56,567 bases of DNA, from positions 1 to 56,567 of the forward strand of contig JAVECL010000089.1 in NCBI GenBank assembly GCA_051942245.1. The letters are read 5' to 3'. This DNA is from Trypethelium eluteriae. Its lineage: Eukaryota. The stretch's first letter is position 1. Each line of letters begins with the position of its first letter. Position numbers and translations under genes: made by a program. This document shows positions 1-11,945 of this stretch, piece after piece. The notes beneath the pieces were generated by a model that worked only from the letters and a program-made list of their open reading frames with translations, had not been told where the DNA came from and made no database searches.

Positions 1-340
1 AGGTCAGGTCGGTGGTATTTGAAGAAAGTTCAGGAATCTGATGAGTCATGTATACTCTGCTTGGTCCTTGAAGCTGATTTCCAACTCGATGTAGGTACTT
101 TGACCAGCACCTCTCCACAAGCTTAGAAATTCCGGCCGTCACCAACCTGGCGTGCCCGTGCCTGAGAGCATTACCAAGGGTAGGGTGCACCGCTTATCGA
201 TAAAACCATGCAACAGCGGAGCCCGTCAGGACGACAGACGACCTTACCAGGTACCTTATGTATTCCGTACCGAAGGTAATTTTTCATCCTCCCGAGCTAC
301 CGAGCCCATGGCGCGCATCTCCTAAATTTCCTGGCCAACA

Positions 341-2596
341 ATGCCGCCACCAAAGCCCATCTTGGGCACAATCAGTTGCAATGGCTGCCGGTATAGGATG
401 TTATCTATCTTCGCTGCTTCTGCAGGCATTCATTTGCCGCCCTGGACAGCTTCGCGACTTTCACCATTGCGCCGAGGATCTCACCCACGACGGACATTCG
501 CAGCGGTAACGAGGAAACCCAGCCAAAGAGCTCTAAAGCTCTCCAATGGCATAGAATCGACTCATAAAGACCAGACTAGCTCAATCATTCGCGATGAGAA
601 CTCGTTGGAGGTAGGACGGAACCCGAGCTCGTCAAACAACTCGACCTTCCTGTATACACCTTGGTACCTCCAAGAGCAGGCAACGCCGACCTCTTCCAAT
701 CAGGATAACTTCCTTGAGCGACAACTTATCCCCGATCTGCCTGAAAAATCACCCCCAATTCTGCAGCCCATCCTAGAGCATATCTCCACGGATCTTGGCC
801 TGGATGATTTATCCCTGCTCGACCTGCGCAATCTCGATCCTCCTCCGGCGCTCGGGAGCAATCTGATAATGATAATTGGTACTGCTCGCAGCGAAAAGCA
901 CCTCCATGTATCAGCAGATCGCCATTGCAGATGGCTGCGCAGTAATTACAAACTCCATCCTTTTGCAGACGGGCTGTTGGGCAGGAATGAGATGAAGCTA
1001 AAGTTACGAAGAAAGGCTCGAAGATCTAAAATACTACAAAATGTTGGTGCTTCTGAACCCAGTGAAGCGGACGACGGAATCCGCTCGGGTTGGGTCTGCG
1101 TGAATATTGGCAAAGTAGAGCCTGCAGCTTCACCAGATTTGGAAGCTGAAAAGCCAAAGATCGTGGGATTTGGATCAGGCTCTGACAGCGTGAGGGTTGT
1201 CGTTCAGATGTTCACAGAGGAGAAGAGGGGGCAGTTTGACCTGGAGTCGCTTTGGGGAGGCGCCCTTCGGCGAGCAGCGAAAGAAGAGGAGAATAAACGT
1301 GAGGTACTTATGCTTGCTGAAGCAGTCAGTGAAAAGGCAGAGATTAAGCACGGGTCCCAACCAAGTGGTGGACAATTTGGGAATTCCTGGAGCTACGGCA
1401 CGATGCCTATTGGAGCACGGAGCGCGGCTGTACCACAGCGACCAGTATCTGGAAGTGGGCAATCGCGAATGTTCCATTCCGCTGCCGCGCACCTTAGCTC
1501 TACCAAACTCGAGGAGCAGGCTGGAAATAGTCTCTTTGACCAAAAGGCGAGCTCGGATCCCTCTGTCGACCTTGATACGGATAAGTTTGTCCAGGACGCA
1601 GCACCGAATAAGCGGGACTCGGCTGAAGTATTGCAATCTTTACTCGAGCGACTCCAAAATGTGCCAGCGGACCAAGCGAAAGATGTCTTAGGACGGATGG
1701 CATGGGGTATTACGGGGTCGACACAACGACAGAGTCCGCTCATAAGGTCTTTCGCCGACAAATTTCCTCCCTTTCCAGACACCTCACATTGGAAAGTGGT
1801 ACTAGGGCTTGCTAGATGTGTGGTTCAACTCATGGGTACTGGCCGAAGTGGTTTGATGGGTGTACTTATCGGTATGCAAGTGGCCGGCGAGTCAATATCG
1901 AAGGAAATTTATTTGGATGTGCTCAAAACAATGGTCAAAGGCAAACATGATGACAGAAAGCTCCCCTACGTCTTTGATGTTCTGGACATGATGGCTTCTG
2001 AAGGTCATGAAATTCTCGAGGAAAGAATCTTTATGCTCCTTCTAGAGGCCGTCGTCCCACCAACTCCCGGGTTTGTGACATTGGGCAGTTCTGGGGACGG
2101 AGTTGGTGCAGACCAAGCCTCTCCACCAGATGTTGCGACATTATCGAAGGAAAACCTTGCAGATCAAGAAAGGATTTTAGCAGCCATGGATAATTTCTTA
2201 GTATCCTTCACCACTGACGGTCCTTACCTTTCCCTATTGCGTACCTTTGCGCGCTCTCGCTACTGGCCAGGATTTTTATTCCTTTGGTCTTTGCTGCCTC
2301 GCCGCATGCTTCCACGCTCACGAGAGATGTACACTCTTCTATACGGGACCATCGCTGAGGCTGGAGAAAAAGATCTAATCAGGAAAGTTCTTTGTGATGC
2401 TGTCTCTGATATGGAGGCGGAAGAGCCACGTATAGAGCTCGACGCGAAGATGGCGAAACTGATCATGGGATGTATTAGAGTGATGGTGTCCGACAACGAC
2501 ACTGCCGCATCTAAGGTATCGGAGAGAGCACCTTCAGGTGAATGGGGTTTGTTGTGGACACGATGTCAACGAGTCTTGACGACAGAATATCTATAA
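341..2596 (+). CDS. ATP25: Mitochondrial ATPase synthesis protein 25 (RsfS-like N-domain plus helical C-domain)
   Basis: Uninterrupted 751-aa ORF. Arg/Ser-rich presequence-like N-terminus. Motifs [44 protein letters not shown], W-CVN-G and [15 protein letters not shown] are typical of fungal Atp25. Confidence 0.88.
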   Translation: [751 protein letters not shown]

Positions 2597-3797
2597 CTTG
2601 TGGTCCAAATGACTCCTTTTCATAGATTATGGCAATGCATATCTGGAAGATTGCATAGGCTTCGCTACTAGCCCGTTATCCTTTAGCTGTAGCAAGATAG
2701 ATTAACCTTGAAGTCACTCCAGGTAGAGCAGGGACACGGTAGTCTGTAATGGTTTCTCCAGCAAACAGAGGAAGAAGTGGGCTCTGTAGATAGACCATTA
2801 AAGGGATGACTTGGTGACTTGAACTTGATCTTTGCGTACAGGCAATATTGTGAAGATCCTTGGCGAGCCCGGGGTCTTCATCACGAACAATACGAACACA
2901 AGTGGATGGGATAAGTTTTTTCATTGGACCTCTTCCACTTGTACCGCCGCTCGGCAAGAATTTCGTGCGAGGCTCGGTGTATTGGGTGGGCGACAGCTTC
3001 TCGGGCCAGCCTCACCGTATCTTCATGGGTTCATTTTTGATCGGCACCTGAGAGCTTTTGGGCTCCCAACCTATCGCTCATTGGTGGCGAGGAGAATTGA
3101 GTCAGCCGGCGGAAGCGGTTGGGAGTGGTGGCACCGTGGGATGGGATCACGGACGCGGCTACGGCTTCTTCGGCAAGGATACACTCATCGTCAGGTTGGC
3201 CGACCTTCAATTCCACTTCTACGACTTACTTTCCCCTCGTTTCCGCCTGCGTGCTGGTGGTTGTCGAGTCCAATTGCCACAGGCAGATCTGCCCACCTAC
3301 CATTCGCCATCAAACATTCGCATCATCGTCCTATCGCGCCAACCCTGCATCTTTCGCAGCTTTCTGGGCCCCGCCGTCTGGTGTAAACTAGTACATCGTT
3401 TTATCGTACTCCGTATCTCGCTCTTCGGCTGTGTATGACGCCCGAGCTCGATCAGACATCACCATCTACTCCCATTACACGCCTCTTACTCGAGTCATCG
3501 TCCTCTGAATCGTCTTGAAGAACCTTCGCTGGGCGATGTATGCTTGGGAACAAATGATAACAACACCTTGGAGCAACTACTTGGGCTACATCCACTAGCA
3601 GCTTTTTCTCCGCCTGATAATCCTTTCAACCCATTTTGCGATCAAAGACTCTGCTGCCTCTGTGTTCTGGTCAATCGAGAAACACTGATATTCCCTTTAC
3701 ACCGCTATTTTCGTGTGCTGCAGTTCTTCGGGCATTTGGGACACGATTCGGGCAGATTTTTGGCTTGGAGTATCATTACAGTAGCAGCCGGTCCAGC

Positions 3798-6329
3798 ATG
3801 TCGGAAAGAGACCCGATTGAGACGGGCCAACAGGCCGTCAGATTCACCTCAGTGAATCAAGAAATATCTCCTGAGCCTGATTTACAACCAGTCGAGACTT
3901 TGACCGCGCCAGACCATCCACCTAAGCAGAAGTTGACCGCAGAAGCCCAAGAGGAGCTGCGCAATCTCTCCGTCACTCTTCACAAGTCGAAGCTTCAAGC
4001 AAGGCGAATGGAGAATTTCGCTTATGAGCCCGTATCGCTACCACCATCAAGAGTACGTTGTTCACCCCGGACTTCGTTTCATTCCCATATTATCTTCCCT
4101 CTGCCGCGCATTGTATAATCTAACACTGCCTAGGCTCCATCGCCTTCGGGCTCTCAGAATCCGTCACGCCAAGCAACTCATTCAGCTGGCAACACACCAC
4201 GTCAATCACCACCTACTTCCGCTGTCCATTCTCCACCACTAACGCCGCATCACACCAACTCTCGTGAAGAATCAAGTAGCGCGACGACTGGCAAACTCGC
4301 TCCAAGCAAACATGCCCATGATCCAGCAATCATGACACCCCAGGGTTCTCCTCCTCATGAACCTCCCCCTACTTCGGTGCCAAACGCATACGACGAACCG
4401 AAACTAGGCAGCGCGTCAACATCTGGTCCTTCTACCTCCTCGGGACAGATCTCAACCCAAGCATCTTCTGCGTCCGACTCATCTGGACCAGTCGCCAGTC
4501 ATCCGAAGCATACGCCAAATTTCACAGTAGGTCCTTTGGGAGACTCCCTCCCTCCATCTCATGAAGGTAGCCCAACTGGTACGCCTGGGAGTACGACCCC
4601 TGGCACGACAACTCCCTATAGCCGACCTTTTACGCCTCAGGGGGAACGGGACGATCCATATGCCCGAAGCAAACGACCGCCACAGCCCAGAAATCTGGAT
4701 GCAATCGATGCAAGGTTTATCTTCGGTAGCAGAGATCCACGACGGCAGACGTATGTGGGACCATCATCCTCAAGTCTACCCCGCCCTTCTGCCAGTGGAG
4801 TTGATATAGCTAAGGTGGAGAACAAGAGACACAGTTTGTTTGGTGGAGTTCCGAAACCACAAGAGGATAATGGATCCGTATCGTCGCACAAACCGCACGG
4901 CTCAATGTCGGAATTAAAAAGATTTTTCAAAATTGGAGGCAACAAAGGTAAGGAAAAGCGTGCACAGTCGCCAACAGGCTCAAAAAGATCAAGTAGAATG
5001 TATACCTCTGGATCTCGCACGCCTCCTCAGCAGCAAGTTGCTGCCGCCGCCCAACAAAGTGTTCCTTTTGCTGATGACCATGGCCTCCAAACAAAGTACG
5101 GGAAGTTCGGCAAAGTACTGGGCTCCGGTGCTGGGGGATCGGTCCGACTCATGAAAAGAAGTAGTGATGGCGTCACTTTTGCAGTGAAGCAATTCCGCGC
5201 TCGTCATTCCTATGAGACTGAAAGAGAGTACAGTAAAAAGGTGACGGCAGAATTCTGCATAGGATCAACATTACACCATGGCAATATTATCGAAACGATG
5301 GACATTGTCCACGAAAAAGGGACTTGGTATGAAGTGATGGAATATGCTCCGTACGATCTCTTCGCATGTGTCATGACGGGGAAGATGTCCCGCGAAGAAT
5401 GCTCCTGCGCTACTCTTCAGATTCTCAGTGGTGTCACCTATCTCCATAGCATGGGTCTTGCACACCGAGATTTGAAGCTTGACAACGTGGTCGTCAATGA
5501 ACATGGGATCATGAAGATAATTGATTTTGGTAGTGCAGTGGTGTTCCGATATCCCTTTGAGAATGACATTGTTCTTGCGAGTGGTGAGAAGCATAATCAC
5601 TTGTCGATCCCCTGACTTTGCTAACGTTTCATAGGGGTCGTTGGATCTGATCCTTATCTTGCCCCGGAAGTGTACGACAATGCCAAGTACGACCCCCAGC
5701 CAACGGATATCTGGTCGCTTGCTATCATCTTCTGTTGTATGACTTTGCGCCGTTTTCCCTGGAAAGCGCCTCGAATATCCGATAATTCGTATCGCCTTTT
5801 CATTGCACCTCCAGATCCCGCCCAACAGGCTGCCGACACGAGGCGATCGTCTGAACAGGCCAAGTCTAGTTTGAACTTAGCCGAAGCCAATGATGACAGA
5901 AAGCGTGCAGCATCCGAATCTGGACCTGTAGAGCGCGACGACGACAGCAAGTCTGTCGCGTCCAATCATCATCATCATCACCACCGCCACCACAATGGAG
6001 CAAAGTCAGATCCACCAACCTCGACAAATGGTGCAGGTCACGCTTCCTCTGAAGTCTCAAATTCCTCGTCGTCGCAGACATCACAGACTATCAAAGGGCC
6101 TTGGAGGCTACTGCGCCTGCTGCCGCGAGAAACTAGACATATTATCGGGCGCATGTTGGAAATTGACCCAAGGAGACGGGCAACACTGGAAGAGATTCTC
6201 CAAGATAAATGGGTCAGCTCGGCCCCAGTATGTAGGCAAGAAGAAGGGGGCCGGGTCATTAGGCAGGGTACTCATGAACACACTCTTGAGCCAGGTGGAC
6301 AGGGTACGCCTGCTCCCAGTAAGAAGTAG
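3798..6329 (+). CDS. HRK1: Ser/Thr kinase of the NPR/HAL family, HRK1/Oca2-like; exons 3798-4052, 4134-5583, 5635-6329
   Basis: [55 protein letters not shown]. Two GT-AG introns with CTAAC branch points join the three ORF pieces in frame. Confidence 0.88.
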
Positions 6330-7307
6330 GTTGCCGTTTGGATTAAGCGTCAGAAAATGGGGAATCATGATGCACACAGACGAACAGTGTCTTGACAGTC
6401 CGATGCGCACACAGGAGCTCGTGAAGGGTTTGACTGCCATGGAATGTCATGAGGCAGGACTCAATTCGGCGAAAATTGGGAATACCAGGGATAATTGCAT
6501 TAGATCGTTCAGGGCAGAGCAAAGTACCTAGTGCATAGATACGTCTTTTGGTTCGTCTTCCATATGCCAACGAGTCCGGCATTGTTGACTTTAGAGTCGT
6601 AGCAATAAAGTCGAGCTCAAATAGGTCGTAGCTGACAGTCAAGCAACCCAATGGATGTCGAAGGAGCAGATTGCCAGTATTCGTTGGGATAGTAGTACAA
6701 TACCTATCCTTCTGACTATACGGAGTACACTCTTGAACTGAATTCACCACACCTGATATGGGTTAGCACACGCTGTAAATGATTTGAATCTCCGCAGGTT
6801 GATCGCGGCATCACTCATGAACCATCAGATAGGCTTGCCAATGTGGAATGCACCCAAAGTTGTCGACGTCGACCTATTAAAGCAATCATGACATCCTACA
6901 GCTGCAATCTTCGCTACAGTGGTCTTTTCTCTCAACACGTCTGAAGGGAGAAAGTCGTGGCACTGGTTCACGCATTATAAAGCGAATGTTCTCAACCACG
7001 TTGAAAAACGACCTGACCACACATCCGAAGCCCTGTCGACTGACAATATTTGCCCGGGGCCGACTCTATCGATCTCAAGTCAGGACACTCCTGGTCCCCT
7101 ATCAAAATCCAAGTGATGAAGATTTGAGGATGACAGCATCAATATTTTCTAATTCAAGATTGTATAAATCTCATATATACAAAGAAAGAAGATCTGTGAG
7201 CTTCTCTGTCGAGAGAATGGAAGCACTTCACATGTTATCAGTCACGCATCCACCCAAAACCTCTTGAGGACGAGTCGTTTCAGCCTTTTTCTCCAAACCT
7301 GTCGTAT

Positions 7308-8080
7308 TTACAATTTGCTGTTCACGAATGTCAAAGCAGCCTGTCCGTACTCAGATCCGTAGCCCTGGTGTGTAGCTGCATCATTGCCATTGGAGCAGTA
7401 GGGATCGGCGGCATCGCAGTAGCTTTGAATCTTTGACGAGAAGGAGCCGCAGGTGAAGCCATTCGGGCGAGCGTCGAATCCACCTGCGGTTGAAGTACCG
7501 ACATTGAAGGGCTCCCCTGGAGAGTGTCTTGGGTCTCCCATCCAGATAACCGCCTTGACTTGAGCCTGTGCTGCAGTCGAGATGGTAGCTGCAGTGCTGC
7601 TGATTCCCTGGTTTGTATCACCACCTCCGCACAGTGCATCGTCGAAGATTTGAGCGCCCTGATGCCAATGTCGTTTCGTAAGCAATGCACATGAACCGTC
7701 TCGCACTCACTCCGTTCGTCTCCTTCACTGAAGCTCTCAGGTAGGAAAGTATTACTCACCTGCGAGTATCCGACAAGGACCAACTCCGTACTTGGGCATT
7801 CGCTGTTGAAAGAATTGACCTGGCTTGCTACAGCTGATACGCCTGCTTGCACCGATGAGCCGTAATCAGACCCCCCTGCTGCAGGATAGGAGATTGCTTC
7901 GGCTGTTGATCCAGAGTGAGCGTTCAGGATCAAATTAACGACTGTACCGGCAGATCCGTATCCGGCAGCAGCAGTTGTTTCTCGAGCTCCAAAGACATGG
8001 ATATTCGGGCAGGCTCGACGCTCAAGTGGAGCAGCGAGTGCTTGACTGACAACAAGCGCTGCGGCGATTTTGTAGAACAT
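7308..8080 (-). CDS. Secreted acetyl xylan esterase (CE5/cutinase family, AXE II-like, no CBM); intron 7659-7759
   Basis: Signal peptide plus ERR propeptide. CPNIHVFGARET, GYSQ|G nucleophile motif split by a GTGAGT...CAG intron, GDP, YCD--DPYC and THQGYG. Confidence 0.93.
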
Positions 8081-9573
8081 GGTGGAGAGCAGAAGATGAG
8101 TGGTGCTTTTAGAAAACGAAGCGGTGATGTGAAGCGCAGAAACGAGCTCTGTAACCTTCTACAAGATCCTTTAAGTAAACCTGTGATTTGACGAGGCACT
8201 GTCGGAGCAAAGGATTAAGGAACGAAAGGGCCATAATGTTTTCCAATAGACAACCATGATCAACCGATCCGTGATGCTTGGAGGATACTACGCGTATTAT
8301 TGGAGAAATCATCCTGAAATTTCGCTCCTGCCGGAGCTAAGACCCAGGCTTGACTTCCGGTACGCTCATGACAGTAGATATTCGAAGATTAGTGACTTAC
8401 CATTTTGCCTGAATGAAAGTCACGCAGTCAGCAGACTTAGCAGGCTCAGCACATCCACTTTAGCAGCGTCTAACTGGGTGTACGCTTCGTAGTGAAGACA
8501 TGAAGGTAGGCGTCGAGTGCTAGCCTTTCCTATTTGGACCATACTGAATTTATCCCAGACTTGGAATCATGGAATATGTGACATGAGATGTTTCACATAC
8601 ACAAGAACATCATTCCCCGCAGACCCGGAAACTAGGGTTTCGGTAGCTTCCGCATCCGATCTTGCCTGATGTCATAAACCGAATACCAACATTGGTGAGC
8701 TCGCTCATTCAGGCTGAATTCTATAGGAGCCGCTCCAACATGAATACGGCATTTTGGATTATCTAAGCCCAACAAGGAGTTCCTTGTCACTATTTTCCGT
8801 GAAATCTAGGATTCTGACTGTGGGTAAGATGAACGTTTACGTTTTATTGAGGCCCTTGGCTATGACTTGATAGAAGACCCGTTTCGACTTTAATCCTCAC
8901 CCTGAACCGCACCAATTTACTTAACATCGGTTACGTGGTTATGAGAGTGACGAAAATATTGTCGGCTCAAATCGTTGACTGCTGAGTTTTGACTTGGTGC
9001 CAGGAAAAGCTAGTGTTCTTTCCTCTCCCGGCTATTAAGACTTCCAATGCTGTACTCCGTACAATAGGGGTTATTCTGCCAATCCCTGCGACCTGTCTGG
9101 TGCGATTTGAGAAATTGGATGTGGTCATGATTGAGAAAACCCTCGTCAGACTGCAGAGCATTCCTCCAAATGCAACCACCTCTGCTTCCTGTCAAAAACC
9201 CCATCCACAATAATGCTGTTCGGATCATGCTCCATTTCTGATTGCAAGTCCTCAACAATTGGTAGTCTGATGAAATAATTTTAGCAATCTAGTTCTGTAC
9301 ATCGAACACGTAATTCGCGTCCTCGTTCGGTCAGCAAATAGGTCTTCTCAGTATCTAGTGGAGCACATGTACCCAGGGTCATTTTATGCATTCATATTCT
9401 ATGCCGTTATGCTTACGAACACCGAAGGCGGAGACAAGCTACATGTAGATGATAGAGACCTTAGGTAAAGGTTCAACGCTATCTTCAGTTTGGTAACGAC
9501 AATGTCTCCTATCTGCTCTCAAGAACTCGAGGAGAAAAAAAAGAGGCGAGTACCAAGATGAAAAAAATTATCA

Positions 9574-9684
9574 GGGTCTTGCCGCGACTCGAACGCGGGG
9601 CCTCTCGCAAATCATACATACGACCTTGTATGTATAGAGCCTAGGTTACCCTAAGCGAGAATCATACCACTAGACCACAAGACC
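9574..9684 (-). tRNA. tRNA-Pro(AGG) with a 39-nt intron (9610-9648)
   Basis: Minus strand: GGTCTTG/CAAGACC acceptor stem, D-arm GTCTAGTGGTATGAT, CTCGC-TT AGG G^T-GCGAG anticodon arm, CCGCG-TTCGAGT-CGCGG T-arm. 72 nt after intron removal. T7 Pol III terminator at 9561-9567. Confidence 0.97.
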
Positions 9685-11089
9685 CATGTTCTACGAGTTA
9701 TTGCGGCTTCATGATCAAATTTTCAATATATTTCATCTCTTTGATAGATTTCATTTCTCTATCTTTCACAACTCTCGTCGTCCTTTTTAATTCTCTCTAC
9801 TATTCAAGTCTACTTCTGCTTCACTACTCACCGGAATACTGACTCCCTGCTTCTCTTATTTCTTCTACTATTTTTTGCAACTCGTCTTTTTTGACCTGAT
9901 CTGTCACGGACCGTGGCCCATCAACATGCGCATAAGGTAGACCTGATCTACGGCTAAACCCCGGATGACGCTACATGCATGCACATAGGTCTGATTCACG
10001 GTTGAACCTCGGATAAGGTCGGAGTTGACCCAGCATCGGAGCTAGGGGTTTTTCCGTGCGCAGACCTGATTATCAGCGAAGCCACGCACTCCAAAACCTC
10101 TCTGTAGCTAGGTAAATATTGGTTCATCAACAGTACATCTTAGTTTGCTACTCTGACGTAATCCTTCTCTCCTCTTTCCTGATCTATTTCTTGCCTTTCC
10201 GAATAGTTTCTTACGGCCGTCAAAATCCAGAGCACGTGCACCTTTTGGAGGGAAGAGAATATCAAAAATGTAGCACGGAGTACGTCGCAATTTCAAGCGA
10301 TTTGGGTATCGAGAGTACCTCTAATACAGAAGTAAGTAATGTACATCCGACGAATAACAAAACGCGTCTGGCCGATATCTCTCTCCATGCTCACATTAAT
10401 TTTCGCAACTGCTCCGTCTCCCCTCAAATATATATAATCCTGTCCTGAGCAATCACTGGTACGTCAACACAGTCGCATGCATTTTGGCAACAAAGGTCAA
10501 ACCGTGTATCAAAGGTTACGAGGTCCTAGATATCTCCATGTTCTGCATAGATGGCTGCAAACCTGGAACCATTCCGCCCCTTTTTGAGATGTACAATGAC
10601 CTCGATATTCCTTGATCGCCTTCTCGAGCCTCTCGGGCGTAGCTTTAGCATCGCGTCATGCTACGTAGTATCCGGTTGAAGAGCCGGCGCTGTTTGGCAT
10701 CGCTATGGATGAGTGAGGTTCCGAATCGAAAATGACATGCAGTATAGAAAACTGTTAGTGAGGCCGCAGCTGCCGCCATATTGATGCCCTGCTGGGCCTC
10801 CCCGTCATATGCATATTTACGAGGAACACATGCTTCTAACTCAGCTCGTGCACAGGGAAGGACAGGAACTGACAGTCCCTTACTAAACGCTTTACCGATG
10901 CACCTAAGGTATATCGCGATTACGATTGCACACTGCCTCTGAGTCGCACCATGTCAAGGGCGATTGAAAATGATTCGGCATTGTTTCGGAAAAAGGTTGA
11001 ACTGAGTATTTCTGGCCCATCTTATCGGGATCATTCATGTGTACATGTAGCTCCTTGGGGGAACGCCTGTAACTGTTAGGCTGTTATCG

Positions 11090-11530
11090 TCAACCTCCGG
11101 CTCTGGATTGGGTGATGTTTCCCATCATTGGGAAGTATCAGAGCCGACGCCTTGAAACAAGTTTTCGTAGGCTCCAGGAACTCATGGTCTGTAGACATGG
11201 TCCGCAATATAACTTGGGCAATACGTACAGCCTTTCTCTCGAGCAAGGCCGATCTGCCTTTGAGTCTTGCGATTTTGTCCAGATGTTTGAAGCCGCAGGC
11301 GATGAATATGAACCTTGATGCTCTCGAGGATCTCAGTCAGGAGCAGCGGGAAACTTCTGAGAAGACGAAAGGCGGTTCGACGAGTTGGATTGGGTGCTAC
11401 ATAGACCAAAAGACTCGTCAGCATCGCCGCCTCGAAGCGGTTTTCGTTTCTTGAGATTGGTGGAGGCCCCTAAGAGTGTCCCACACTTTGAGTTTATGAT
11501 TAGAAGTAAATCAGTCTACGGTGAGTGGCA
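11090..11530 (+). pseudogene. Possible decayed cytochrome P450 N-terminal fragment
   Basis: Broken frames give QPP..FPIIG, RHGP, N-DALEDL and DQKTRQHRRLEAVF at roughly P450-like spacing. No heme motif is seen; weak. Confidence 0.2.
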
Positions 11531-11945
11531 TGAAGAGGCCTTCTGTTATAGATCAGCTTGGGGTGAGGGAAGGGAAACTTGAATTCTTCAAGATCTGCAG
11601 GGCCGGGTACCCTCAGCTGTAGCAAGCCTAAAGAATCCGATTAGCAGGCATGGATGGATTGATCATATCAGACGACTACGCAGGAGTGGCGGAAAAGAAA
11701 TGTAGCTGATGTCCTCGGACGAATCACAGTAACAGTGAGACAAATTCTACACCATGAGACTCGCGGTATGGGTGTGGGCCAAGGAGGCATACAGGATCTA
11801 TTTCAGCATAGCAGATATCTATCATGATCCTTGTAGTCTTCCTCCAGGAGCCTTCGGTCTTCGGAAAGATACAGACTGCAACATTGTTCAAAGTCCGTGA
11901 TGCTACCTAGATGTTTGAGAAATATGATGCGGTTGAGGCAAGCCC

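Noticed and set aside
38..75. CTGATGAG resembling a hammerhead ribozyme core, overlapping ATGAGTCAT (Gcn4/CpcA-like site, 41-49)
   Set aside because: No stem II or GAAA partner follows. The single bZIP site cannot be assigned to a gene from this window.
2780..2850. TGAACTTGATC resembling the TPP riboswitch core
   Set aside because: Lacks the upstream CTGAGA and downstream GxTAATxCCxGCG elements, and no thiamine gene is nearby.
7308..7320. C-terminal SKL on the acetyl xylan esterase
   Set aside because: The protein has a signal peptide and disulfides, and AXE II-type enzymes end similarly, so it is unlikely to be a functional PTS1.
7659..7759. Second GTGAGT inside the CE5 intron, suggesting a stwintron
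   Set aside because: Two-step or alternative splicing gives a frameshift or an internal intron of only 32 nt. A single 101-nt intron restores GYSQG.
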